NCBI GenBank assembly: GCA_963827685.1
Contig: CAWHBU010000001.1
Coordinates: 32,001 to 96,000, forward strand
Length of the DNA: 64,000 nucleotides
Direction of reading: 5' to 3'
Source: an uncultured delta proteobacterium
Lineage (GTDB): Bacteria > Desulfobacterota > BSN033 > UBA1163
Below are positions 28,395 through 38,910 of this stretch, piece after piece (within the stretch, counting starts at the first letter, position 1; every line of letters begins with the position of its first letter). Made by a program: the position numbers and the translations under genes. The notes beneath the pieces are model-generated. The model saw only the letters and a list, made by a program, of their open reading frames with translations, was not told where the DNA came from and ran no database searches.

Positions 28395-30712
28395 ATGTCA
28401 AAACGTAAAGCTAAGCACAAGGTCATCACTGAAAAGGTAAGGCAAGGCAAACCACTTCATGCAAAAGGTTGGTCATTCCGCCGCCATGGTTTGGTACTCT
28501 TGCTCGGTCTGTTTCTCATGATACTAACCTTTGCTACCTTTGAGCAAGTAAGAACCTGTGATTTTATAAACTTTGATGACCATGTATACATAACAGATAA
28601 CCGACACGTACAGTCCGGATTGACTCTCGAGGGTGTGACCTGGGCTTTCACGACCACGCATGCAGCCAATTGGCATCCATTGACATGGCTATCCCACATG
28701 CTCGACTGTCAACTTTACGGGTTGAACCCGAGTGGGCATCATTTGACCAATTTGGTTTTTCACATTGCCAGTGCTCTTTTGCTGTTCTTAGTTCTTAAAC
28801 GTATGACAGGGGGCTCTGGAGGAGCGGCTTTGTTGCAGCCTTGTTTGCATTGCATCCCCTCCGTGTGGAGTCGGTGGCATGGGTGGCAGAGCGCAAAGAT
28901 GTTCTGAGCACTTTCTTCTGGATGCTGACGATGTGGACATATATCCGTTACGTTGAACGGCCGAAGCTGAATAGATATCTGCTGGTCCTCCTGTTCTTTA
29001 CCCTGGGCCTTTTGTCGAAGCCGATGCTCGTGACCCTGCCATTTGTGCTTTTTTTGCTTGACTATTGGCCTCTTCGCCGCTTTCAGTTTGGGCAATCGAG
29101 TGGAAATTCCAAATCCCCCACTTCCAAACCAATAAATCCCAGTAATCAAAGGTCCACGGTTCTTCGGTTAGTTCGGGAGAAAGGTCCGTTTTTTATTCTT
29201 TGCGCCATATCCAGCATTTTGACTATCTTTGCACAGCAGAAAGGGGGCGCGGTTATGTCACTGGAGAATTACCCGATTGAGAGTCGAATTGCTAACGCTT
29301 TGGTATCCTACGTCAGTTATATCGAGAAGATGATCTGGCCCCGTCACCTGGCGGTCTTCTATCCACACCAAGAGATGCTGCCCATATGGAAGATAGTGGG
29401 GTCTGGTTTGTTGTTAGTCGGTGTATCTGTTCTGGTGATTCGTGCTGTGCGTAAACATCCCTATCTTGTGGTGGGGTGGTTCTGGTACCTTGGGACTCTT
29501 ATTCCCGTGATTGGGCTGGTGCAGGTGGGATCGCAGGCCATGGCTGACCGGTACACGTATGTGCCCCTGATCGGTCTGTTCATCATGATGGCCTGGGGTG
29601 TTCCGGATATATTGGCGGGGTGGCGTTTCCGTAAAGTTGTCCTTTCCGTATCAACTGGCCTACTGCTTTCACTTTTGATGGTCGTTACAAATTTGCAACT
29701 AAAGCATTGGCAAAATGACATTACGCTCTTTGAACATACCCTTGCTGCGACTTGTAACAACTTTATAATACATTACAACCTTGGAGTTGTTCTTGCCGGG
29801 CAGGGAAAGACCCAGGAGGCCGTTGCCCATTATGCCGAGGCCCTGAGAATCAAGCCAGACTATGCGGAGGCACACAACAACCTTGGAGTTGCTCTTGTCG
29901 GGCAGGGAAAGACCCAGGAGGCCGTTGCCCATTATGCCGAGGCCCTGAGAATCAAGCCAGACTATGCGGAGGCACACTACAACCTGGGAGCTGCTCTTGT
30001 CGGGCAGGGAAAGACCCAGGAGGCCGTTGCCCATTATGCCGAGGCCCGGAGAATCAAGCCAGACTATGCGGAGGCACACAACAACCTTGGAGTTGCTCTT
30101 GCCGGGCAGGGAAAGACCCAGGAGGCCGTTGCCCATTATGCCGAGGCCCTGAGAATCAAGCCAGACTTTGCGGAGGCACACAACAACCTTGGAGTTACTC
30201 TTGCCGGGCAGGGAAAGACCCAGGAGGCCGTTGCCCATTATGCCGAGGCCCTGAGAATCAAGCCAGACTATGCGGAGGCACACAACAACCTTGGACTTGT
30301 TCTTGCCGGGCAGAGAAAGACCCAGGAGGCCATTGCCCATTATGCCGAGGCCCTGAGAATCAAGCCAGACTTTGCGGAGGCATACAACAACCTTGGAGTT
30401 GCTCTTGCCGGGCAGGGAAAGACCCAGGAGGCCGTTGCCCATTATGCCGAGGCCCTGAGAATCAAGCCAGACTTTGCGGAGGCACACAACAACCTTGGAG
30501 GTGCTCTTGCCGGGCAAGGAAAGACCCAGGAGGCCATTGCCCATTATACCGAGGCCCTGAGAATCAAGCCAGACTTTGCGGAGGCACATATTAACTTGGG
30601 CTTGGCTTACTTGATGATTGGGAATAAGAGTTCGGCACTGGGGGAATACAAAATCCTTGAGAAAATCAATCCAGATTTAGCCAATATATTATACCGCAAG
30701 ATTTTTGAATGA
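28395..30712 (+). CDS. TMTC-like GT-C membrane protein with C-terminal TPR array; frameshift in a G run at ~28810
   Basis: FINFDD, NWHPLTWLS, FALHPLRVESVAWVAERKD, ADRYTY; one more G joins 28395..28907 to 28841..30712. Confidence 0.75.
29775..30590 (+). repeat. 8 near-identical 102-bp tandem repeats encoding TPR units
   Basis: Unit acaaccttggagtt..gagaatcaagccagact.tgcggaggcac recurs every 102 bp. Confidence 0.95.
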
Positions 30713-30729
30713 GGCCTGCGGCATCTAAT

Positions 30730-32531
30730 GAGCCTGTAGAAAAAGTCACTTTTTTAAAAACTGCTTCTTCTGCTGGATCAAAAATAGGAAATTATTTTCT
30801 GTCATCAAAAGTTTTTCCGATTCTTGGCGAAATGTTCGTCTTTTCATGATATTTTTCTTACCCCAATACCCTATCACCCAATCCGGCTCCTTCACGCAAA
30901 GTCCAGACCATATCGATGCACTTTAAATAGATTGTGCACCGCACAGTAGAGTAACCACTGGGTGTTCACTTTTCGTTTCCCTCGAAGGGTAAATCGGTTC
31001 AACCCTAAGGTAGAGCAAATATTCCCAAATACAGGTTCTGCCGTTCCGAGTCTCCTGTTGTAGATGAGTCTGCCTTTTATCGAATCTATTTTGCGCTTCA
31101 TCTTCTGGGTAAACGTCTCCGGCTTCGACTCCGCACTCCCCTGAAAGAAGTACACCTGTCTTGCCTCCGTTCTGTCCGGATGTCTCAGGCATCTCTCCCG
31201 TAGTTCGCAGATCCGACAGTCGGTCTTTCTCCCATGAAACTTGATGGCCCGCTGACCGTTGACCACCACATTCCCCCCATTGCGATACAGGCGCTTACCC
31301 CCAGGACAGATGCAATGAGTCTTGTCTTCGCTGATCGTAAAATCCCTGTGTGGCCTGTATAAGTCGGCCACTCCGTAGTACTCAGCCCTCTCCTTTCTGA
31401 ATTGCTCTTTGTATTTGTCAACGTCCGAAAACCGCGGGTCCCGCTTCCGAAACTGCGTGTCTGCAATATAGGCATCGATCCCTTGCCCCATGACCTCCTT
31501 CATATTCGCCTCGGTATGAAACCCACTGTCCGCTGTGAGCTTCGCTTTTCCGAAGATATCCTGTTTAATGCCGACGGCCTCGAAGTTCTCCCTCGTCCCC
31601 TCGAGCATAGGAAGAAGAAGATCATGTTCCTGCGCTGCTCCAAATGCCTCCGCATGTACAACCACCTGGTGCTTTCCGTCTACCACCGCTACCCCATCGT
31701 AGCCCTGGATCACCCCGTGCGAGGTCTTCATCTTGGCGCTCTCATTGTCCGTGATGTTGCTCTTCACGGGCTTACCGCTCTTGCCAGGTTTGTCCTCGTT
31801 TTCTCGTAGCCATGCCTTTATCTTCTTTACCTTCCCCCGAAGGGTCTCCACATACTGCTCTTCTTGCTCCATCACTCCCCGGTCCGCCTCGGTAACATCC
31901 ACCTCCCGATGCCGCTTGACAATCTGCCTGATCACCTTCTCCATCTTCTCTCTTTTCTTCTCCAGTTCTTTCTTCGTCCCGCTCCATTCTTTCGAGGCGT
32001 TTGAAGGCAGCTTGCAGCCATCCACTGCAAACATCTCTTTCCCGATCAGCCCCATCTCATCGCAGATCAACAGTATCTCTAGAAACAGATGGATGATCTC
32101 CTGGCCCGAGGTCGAAATGAAGTCTGAGATCGTTGTAAAGTGAGGCTGCGTATCCGCCGAGAGCGCCATGAAGATAACATTCTCTTGACAACACTGCGCT
32201 ATCTTTCGGCTCGAGGTGATTCCTCGTGAGTACACATACAGGATAATCTTTAATAGGACGGCGGGATCGTATGCCGGCGCTCCCATCTCGTCGTTTCGGT
32301 ACCGGCAATCAAAAATCGACAGGTCTATCTCGTTGTCAATGAGGTAATGAAGGCTATACTCAAACGTCCCGGGTAAGATCTGTCGGTCAAAGTGGATCGG
32401 TATGAACTTTCCCTGTGAATAATCAAACTCTTTGTATCTCGCCATCCAGTCCCTCCTAAGCGGTCTCCGCTCTCTTTGCCGCTACTGATATGGCGATTTT
32501 ATCATGCTTTTAAGACTTTTTCTACAGCCTC
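30730..32531 (-). mobile_element. IS1182-family insertion sequence
   Basis: IRs gagcctgtagaaaaagtc / gactttttctacagcctc (17/18); aat on both flanks. Confidence 0.9.
30892..32445 (-). CDS. IS1182-family transposase
   Basis: GAPAYDP..LLK, SSRKI, AVDG.K, ADSGF, EPVFG, HNL. Confidence 0.92.
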   Translation of the reverse strand: MARYKEFDYSQGKFIPIHFDRQILPGTFEYSLHYLIDNEIDLSIFDCRYRNDEMGAPAYDPAVLLKIILYVYSRGITSSRKIAQCCQENVIFMALSADTQPHFTTISDFISTSGQEIIHLFLEILLICDEMGLIGKEMFAVDGCKLPSNASKEWSGTKKELEKKREKMEKVIRQIVKRHREVDVTEADRGVMEQEEQYVETLRGKVKKIKAWLRENEDKPGKSGKPVKSNITDNESAKMKTSHGVIQGYDGVAVVDGKHQVVVHAEAFGAAQEHDLLLPMLEGTRENFEAVGIKQDIFGKAKLTADSGFHTEANMKEVMGQGIDAYIADTQFRKRDPRFSDVDKYKEQFRKERAEYYGVADLYRPHRDFTISEDKTHCICPGGKRLYRNGGNVVVNGQRAIKFHGRKTDCRICELRERCLRHPDRTEARQVYFFQGSAESKPETFTQKMKRKIDSIKGRLIYNRRLGTAEPVFGNICSTLGLNRFTLRGKRKVNTQWLLYCAVHNLFKVHRYGLDFA

Positions 32532-33298
32532 AATGTCGGCATTGTTAAGAGAAAGATCTCCAGAGAGGCTCCTCCTTGCCTTCCAATCATAGAGGTAAAT
32601 ATCATCTCCTTTCTCTTGATTCAGAACTCACCCCCACTTAACCAACGAAAAACATCCCAGACAGGCTACCGATCATCGAGCCGTCAGCCACCGGCTTTGT
32701 TAGGAGGCGTTATGGGTGTGAGCTCAAGTTGAGGCCCGGTAAGTATTCATCAAGAACCACTGTGACTAAATTGTGACTGAATTAACTCAAACCGACTAAA
32801 ATAGATAGAATAGACTGGAATAGATTGAAAAGCATTTTCTCAATATATTTAAACAATTACGGGGAACCAGACCGAAAATCAAAGGGTTAGAAAAACCTGT
32901 CTTGCGAGTGCGGCGGCGGAAGGTACGAGGGCGTTGAAAAGTTTTTTGATCACCTGCAAGTCATTGCAAGCCCAGGTTGGAAATAAGGAAGTGGATTGAG
33001 CCTGCCGAACCGTTCACTAAGATGGATGAAGACTTTCTGCGTTTAGAGCTTTCCCTTTAGTTTTCAATAGGTTTAGAGGCTCTATCTGTAACTGAAGCTT
33101 TTAGAAAACCCAGGACGCCCGGGGCTAAAGAAATCAAGAGAAGAAAGAGACATGGGATATATGGGTATCATCAAGATTGGGTAGAGAGTAACTTCGGAAA
33201 GAAGGAGGACCTTTAGTCCAAAGATACTTAGGCAATAGTCGAGGGCTATAGGCTTTTCTTGGTACGAAATTGTTAACCGATAACATGGAGGTGTTAGT

Positions 33299-33508
33299 AT
33301 GAAAAAGCTTCTTTTTACATTTATTTTCTTGCTAGTGGTCGCATCCACCGCTTTTGGGCAGGCCAACGGAAAGCTCCAGATTCATTTCATAATAGATGTC
33401 GGCCAGGGAGATGCAGCGATTCTGATTTCGCCAAAGGGCGAGACAGTTCTTTTCGACAACGGCGTGGCAAAATTCTGTGACATGCCCATCTCGTACTTGG
33501 CCTCTTAA
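33299..33508 (+). pseudogene. N-terminal fragment of ComEC/Rec2-like MBL hydrolase
   Basis: Signal peptide, then LQIHFIIDVGQGDAAIL..LFDNG, then early stop. Confidence 0.7.
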
Positions 33509-33817
33509 GCCAAACTCGAGCACCCCTCCATCTCTGGCGGGCCCGATGAAACGACAGACCTGAGAAAGTTTCATAAAGCTATGACTGTACTAAGTTTGAT
33601 GTTTCTGCAGGGTTTGGAATCGTAGTCAATAACTATACCGATCCTTTCTACAATTCAGAGATTTCATGGATGCATTTGGCATCTTTAATGTAGATTTGGA
33701 TTTTTTTTAGGTCTCAAAGAACAAGTCTAAATTGTTCATGGTTTCAAACTTCACCTTAGCCGACATTCATCTCATCTGCACATCACCTCCTTAACTGGAA
33801 CCACTCCGATTGATAAA

Positions 33818-34219
33818 TTATTTTGGTTTTGGAGGAGCCTTACTCGGATCGTCCAGCTTATATCTTCTTGACCTTTCCCTATCACGTTCCTTTTGCTTTT
33901 CGTTTTCACGCCTGGATATTTCCTTTGGGTCCTGTCTTGTCGTTTTCGGGGATTTCACAGTTCCTGAGCTTTGGGCAGGAGTATCAAAACCTCTTCCCGC
34001 CTTTTCCTTGGCGCTTCGCAAATTTCCCTTCTCGGCATCCCTTTTGGCATCTGTAGAATGCCTCTCCACGCCTTTGAGTTGATTCAAGGACTTGTTCTCT
34101 TTCGGTGCACTCTTTTGCTTTGTCGTTGTGCTCTTGTTGACATCATATTTGCTTTCTCCATATGCAACCACAGCAAATATGAACACCATAGCCATCATAA
34201 CGATCAACATTTTTTTCAT
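33818..34219 (-). CDS. secreted Lys/Arg-rich low-complexity protein
   Basis: RBS gggagg, signal peptide MKKMLIV..AYG. Confidence 0.65.
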   Translation of the reverse strand: MKKMLIVMMAMVFIFAVVAYGESKYDVNKSTTTKQKSAPKENKSLNQLKGVERHSTDAKRDAEKGNLRSAKEKAGRGFDTPAQSSGTVKSPKTTRQDPKEISRRENEKQKERDRERSRRYKLDDPSKAPPKPK

Positions 34220-34265
34220 GATCTCACCTCCCTTCCTTTTAAGGTTTGGATTGTATTTGAATAAA

Positions 34266-34454
34266 TTAAGGGATGGGGGACTTGACCTCATCCGTCCCCC
34301 AGAGGTTCACTTGGGCATGCCATTGTCGTCTAAAGGAAGCAAGCTGTTCAAGGGAACAGAAAAACTTCTGTGACATAGGAGTCCACCGTCCACTAAAGAC
34401 AGAATCCTTTGTCACGATTATCTCAACAACCTCTTTCGGTTTTCTCTGTTCCAT
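34266..34454 (-). CDS. small hypothetical protein
   Basis: Co-oriented between two minus-strand genes. Confidence 0.4.
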   Translation of the reverse strand: MEQRKPKEVVEIIVTKDSVFSGRWTPMSQKFFCSLEQLASFRRQWHAQVNLWGTDEVKSPIP

Positions 34455-34510
34455 GATTACCCCATTTTTTTTATTTTACTTTTCTCCTTTGTCTGAAACT
34501 TTCTATATAC

Positions 34511-35578
34511 TCATTCCCACCTCTTAGTCATTGGGTTCCAGTGTTTTGGTGGCGGTGTATAGGTCCTTGGTGGAGGAGTATATGTTCGTGGCGGCGTATA
34601 CGTCTTTTTTGGAGGCGTAGATGCCTTCGAAGAAGTATTTGTTTTTGATGGAGGTGTATACGTCCTTTTTGGAGGCGTAGATACCTTCGAAGAAGTATAT
34701 GTTGTTGATGGATGTGTATACGTCCTTTTTGGAGGCGTAGATACCTTCGAAGAAGTATATGTTGTTGATGGATGTGTATATGCCTTATTAACCGAAGCAT
34801 CGTGCTGAATTTCACGCTTTGGATCATTTCTCCAAGGTTGTTTATGGGACTGTACCCACCGATCATGAAATCCACGCCATCCATTTCTCCAACGATTCCG
34901 ATAATATTCAAGTCGACCAGGAGGACATCTATGATGAAATAACAATCTATGTGGGTCACCCGGCGCTACATAATAAAACCCTCCACCATAAAAGTATAAA
35001 GATATGCCATCAATATCAAAAGGCCCATTGTAATATACGCCATCCCCTTCAGGAGGACCTTCAGCGCCTACATTAAGAGTTACATCTGGATCGGTCTCCG
35101 GCGGATTAGCAGATACCTGTACTTCTTCATGAAGTGGTTGGACCGTTTCCACTTCTTTCTTCATATCCGGCGGATTAGCAGATACCTCTGCTTCTTCATG
35201 AAGTGGTTGGACCGTTTCCACTTCTTTCTTCATATCCGGCGGATCAGCAGATGCCTCTGCTTCTTCATGAAGTGGTTGGACCGTTCTCACTTTTTTCTTC
35301 ATATAAGGTGAAGGTAACGGTACTACTGATTCGGAAGGTTCCCATGTTTGACTTTTAGAGAGAATATTTCCGGCGTTATCGCAAGTTAATGTCACATTTA
35401 GCACGCCAGAACCTCTCCGGCCTGCTTTATTGAAAGAATAATAATAAATGGTATGATCCTCTTGTTGTTCTACTCTTACCGGAGGGCCCCATCTTTGCTC
35501 GACCCTACCTATGGTATGAGCACATCCAAATAATCCAAACACCATAGTTAACAAAACAAATAACAAAATCCTTTTCAT
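34511..35578 (-). CDS. repeat-rich lipoprotein (3x23-aa acidic repeat; Pro/Thr/Ser-rich tail)
   Basis: Lipobox LFGC; 69-bp repeats ~35100-35304 and 60-bp repeats ~34595-34781; RBS aaggagg. Confidence 0.8.
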   Translation of the reverse strand: MKRILLFVLLTMVFGLFGCAHTIGRVEQRWGPPVRVEQQEDHTIYYYSFNKAGRRGSGVLNVTLTCDNAGNILSKSQTWEPSESVVPLPSPYMKKKVRTVQPLHEEAEASADPPDMKKEVETVQPLHEEAEVSANPPDMKKEVETVQPLHEEVQVSANPPETDPDVTLNVGAEGPPEGDGVYYNGPFDIDGISLYFYGGGFYYVAPGDPHRLLFHHRCPPGRLEYYRNRWRNGWRGFHDRWVQSHKQPWRNDPKREIQHDASVNKAYTHPSTTYTSSKVSTPPKRTYTHPSTTYTSSKVSTPPKRTYTPPSKTNTSSKASTPPKKTYTPPRTYTPPPRTYTPPPKHWNPMTKRWE

Positions 35579-35640
35579 TTTTGACCTCCTTGATTAAACT
35601 TACAAAAGATGACCTCATAGAATCATCCTCCCAGAACCAT

Positions 35641-35689
35641 AAATAAAAAACCGGATTACCTATTTGAATAAAGCCACGGTAATCCGGTT
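35641..35689 (-). terminator. intrinsic terminator (riboswitch expression platform)
   Basis: aaccggattacc...ggtaatccggtt stem followed by a T run on the minus strand. Confidence 0.85.
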
Positions 35690-35696
35690 CATTTAT

Positions 35697-35775
35697 CCTT
35701 CGGCAACCCGGCTATCCCATTGGGACCCGTGGCTTTCCGTCCCACGATTACTCGTGGTTTGGCTTTATCGGCAAT
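35697..35775 (-). ncRNA. cyclic di-GMP-I (GEMM-I) riboswitch aptamer
   Basis: Minus strand AAAGCCAAACCACGA-GUAA-UCGUGGGACGGAAAGCCACGGGUCCC..GGGAUAGCCGGGUUGCCG fits the GEMM-I consensus with a GNRA loop. Confidence 0.9.
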
Positions 35776-35796
35776 TTATTTTTTGGTAATTATAAC

Positions 35797-35813
35797 AGCA
35801 ACTTTTATGCCAA
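35797..35813 (-). promoter_or_regulatory. sigma54 (-24/-12) promoter
   Basis: TTGGCAT-aaaag-TTGCT on the minus strand just upstream of the aptamer. Confidence 0.8.
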
Positions 35814-36245
35814 CAAAGCCATAAGCTATTAAGCATTTGATATTTAATAAGTTTTTTGAAATACGGGAAATCTAAAAACCGCAAAAAATGAGACTATTTG
35901 TCATAATAGAATACCAATTAGAGTCTGTAGTAGAAGAAATTATGACAGTAGCATAAAGAATAATTTTAGATATTAGGATACGATGAGAGATGAATATGTA
36001 CAGTTCTGATCTGCTCTCTATAGCTTCCGCAGCATTACTGGACACACCTTCCCTGAATGCATTAGCTATAACGTCCGAACGGTTCCTCTATGGCACAGCC
36101 GCTCAACAGTAAGACCCAACATGCGCACACGAGACTAAATGCACCAACTCCACGGTGCGAATCTGTTTGTGCAAAATCAGGATTACGATTTGAAATGTTG
36201 TATTATAGGGCAAAATCTAAAAATGAAGAGTACAGTCAACTATTT

Positions 36246-37437
36246 TTATATAGCCTCCTTTACATTGAAACATGTTCGCTGAGAAAGCATTGCAAAGATC
36301 ACTCGAATGAGTTTATGAGCTACAGCAAATAAGGCTTTTTGAGGGGGGAGTCCTTCCTTCCTTCTTTCTCCTCAGGAAATAGGCTTTAAAGAAAACATTT
36401 TGAGACACCACAGAGGTCGTCATAAGATAAATCGCTCTTCTTAAATGCCGATTGCCTCGTTTCGACAGTTTGCTGGCACCCAGAAATTTCCCTGACTGAT
36501 GAATCGAAGGATCCAATCCCGCAAAGGCAATCAGCTTCTTAGAAGAAGTAAAATTCTTCACCTCCCCCACTTCCGCAAGAAAAGGGACAGCGGTATTTGG
36601 ACCTACTCCCTTGATCGATTGGAGGATCTTCAAATCTTCTACTCTCGTCGCTTTGCATAAGTCGGTCAGAAGTTTAGTCAATCCCTCCATCCGCTCTTGA
36701 AGATGTAACAAGGTGGCAATCTTCCCTTGAACAATGACCTCTTTTGCTGGACTCGCCACGGCCACGGAACTCTGGGCCGCCTTAACGATATCCTCCGCCG
36801 TAAACGTCAGTTTGTCCCCCACATAGGGCCCCCTCAACGCCTTTGCGATCGCCTTCCGTTTCGCCCCTCTCACCAAACGAGCCGATGGATACTGCTGCAA
36901 AAAACGAAGCATCACACCTGTATAGAGATTCCCGATGGATTCAAGCTCCGGAAAGATCGTTCTCAGTACCCTCTTGATCTCTACCTTGGTCGCTGAAATG
37001 AGATGACAGAGTGACTCCCTTTCTCGGGACAGATCCCTCAGATCCTGATGATCTTGGGAAATAGAGAATTGCGAAATCTCTTCATGGTGATCCAAAAGAA
37101 ATCTCGCGATCGTCAGAGCGTCCTTTTTATCCGTCTTCGTTTTCCTCAGGGAAAGCTTCGCAAAATTGGAAATCAACAGAGGATTCACCACGACCGTACG
37201 GATTCCTTGGGAACTAAGAAACGAGAAAAGATTGATATGATAGCACCCGGTAGACTCCATGGCCACGATCATCTGATCCAGTCTCTCACCATGAGAAGAA
37301 AGGGCCTTCAGGAACTCTGAAAACCCATGGGAGTTCATTTCATAAGTCCCCGAGAAATGCCCTTTGCCCTCCTCATCCAGGCCAGCTGCAGAGAAGAAAT
37401 CCTTTGAAACATCCGCTCCAACCAAAAGCTTATACAT
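36246..37437 (-). pseudogene. IS110 DEDD recombinase/transposase, C-terminal frameshift (extra agga at ~36355)
   Basis: GADVSK, MESTG, KTDKKDA, GLDP..HQSG, KRGNRHLR; shifted tail GLPPQKALFAVAHKLIRVIFAML. Confidence 0.85.
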
Positions 37438-37461
37438 CTTTCTCCCTCCTTTCCTGAATCG

Positions 37462-37605
37462 GCAGGACAATGCCTCCCAACCAAACCTCCACCGTGACCA
37501 GGGTTCACAGACCCAATCAACCTATTAGGGTTAAGGGAGGCAGGGAACACACTGTACTAAGGGTTCTCAGACCCAGGAAGTAGTTCGTTCTCCTGCCTTT
37601 CCAAT
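37462..37605 (-). ncRNA. putative IS110 bridge RNA (target- and donor-binding loops)
   Basis: Two stem/internal-loop units capped by GGGTCTG(A/T)GAACCC; loop strands match the element junctions. Confidence 0.7.
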
Positions 37606-37694
37606 CTCTGATTCTTCTATAACACAATTGTTAGTAGGAGGAAGAAGTCCTCGGGGATCAGATATTCGTGGCGGGATGATTTTCCATGAGTCTA

Positions 37695-38194
37695 TTACTT
37701 TTTTAATACTTCCACCACGTCTATCTGACTGAAAAGCCACTTCTTTTCGATTTTCCTTAGGAGACATTCAAGTTCCCGCGTTTCATCCATCCGTTCTCCA
37801 GCCGTGGATCTACCCATGAGCCTGGCGGTTAAAGTGACTTTAGCTACTTCCTTTTCAGGGAAAACGATTTGAAGGTCATAAAATTTTAGATCGAGCTGCG
37901 AGACATGGGAACGGGCGCTGCCTGCATAGGTGGATATTTCTTCACGTGTATAAGTTCCTGAAAGAGATTGGTCGGGGACTTTTAGCTCGCAATGGGCATC
38001 AAATAAGGTACCGATGTTTTTCATTCTTGTAGCATGGTGAAGGCATTTTCTTCCGTAGACTTTGAAACCCATTTGGATAGGAGATGGAACTGCTTCTTTA
38101 CCCTCTTCTCCTCGCTCGGAAAAACAGCGATGGCAATCACACTCCCGATGATCACAATCAGCACGCCGGTGAAGAGATATTTTATTTTCACCAT
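37695..38194 (-). pseudogene. membrane-anchored NTF2/SnoaL-like hypothetical protein, frameshift near 38028
   Basis: MVKIKYLFTGVLIVIIG.. in one frame; C-terminal RKIEKKWLF in another. Confidence 0.5.
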
Positions 38195-38688
38195 AAGGGC
38201 ACCCCCATGATTCGCCTCCTCGAAGCTTGTCCAAAATGATGATCTTCTATTGGCATGCTCCGATTATCCCCGACCACATAGATAAAATCCTTTTCAACTT
38301 GGCGAGGAGGAAGATTCCAGTTACATGGATAACGGACATAAGGTTCTTCTATCTCCTTGCCGTCAATAAAAAGTTCTCCATCACGGAATTCAACGTGTTC
38401 GCCCTCCCGGGCGACCACACGTTTTAGAAGCATCACTTTACTCCCGGCAAAACGTACCGCTACGACATCATGCCTTTTAGGTTCTGAAAAAAGATAACGC
38501 AACCTCCAGCAAAAATTTACCCCTCCGTTGTGATAGGTTGGCTCCATACTGACTCCCTGAATCGTGAAAGGGATGCAGAGGTAACCGAAAAAAAGATAGG
38601 CGAAGAGTGCAATCAGGGAGACCCTGATCAGGAACTTTGGTGTCAAAGAGGGAAAAAAGAATTGTCGGACCTGATTCTTGAAGGCCAT
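38188..38688 (-). CDS. lepB: signal peptidase I
   Basis: GVSMEPT (Ser), LKRVVA (Lys), VVGDNR. Confidence 0.88.
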   Translation of the reverse strand: MAFKNQVRQFFFPSLTPKFLIRVSLIALFAYLFFGYLCIPFTIQGVSMEPTYHNGGVNFCWRLRYLFSEPKRHDVVAVRFAGSKVMLLKRVVAREGEHVEFRDGELFIDGKEIEEPYVRYPCNWNLPPRQVEKDFIYVVGDNRSMPIEDHHFGQASRRRIMGVPLW

Positions 38689-38910
38689 GCTGTCCGTTTA
38701 ATAGAAACGTCATCAATAAGTCGCCATCAAGGCGTATCACTGCGAATCCCGCCCTGCGGGACTCCTCGTAATGACTACTTCATTTAGTCGCTTATTAATT
38801 TAATAATATAGCCTAAAGTTTGTCTGTCTGCAAAAACAGCTTAGGGATGGAAAATAGTAGGAAATTGATGTCCAGGTTGTTTGAAATTTAATAAATGGAA
38901 AGGGAGCTTT

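Larger units (their letters stand above)
36234..37640 (-). mobile_element. IS110-family element bounded by CT core dinucleotides
   Basis: Minus-strand junctions acttcttc-CT-cctact (37639-40) and tagttga-CT-gtact (36234-35) match loops of the upstream structured RNA. Confidence 0.8.

Noticed and set aside
29699-30589. 296-aa repetitive antisense ORF
   Set aside because: It is the shadow of the 102-bp TPR repeat; one stop-free unit makes the whole array open
29775-30590. CRISPR array or DGR template/variable repeats
   Set aside because: Units are contiguous and coding with no unique spacers; no cas or reverse transcriptase gene is in the window
32755-33000. Possible attachment-site or IS-end remnant (tgtgactaaattgtgact; aacctg..caggtt)
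   Set aside because: Too short and degenerate, with no partner end, tRNA or integrase to support it
34595-35304. 60-bp and 69-bp repeats as CRISPR
   Set aside because: In-frame tandem coding repeats within the lipoprotein gene
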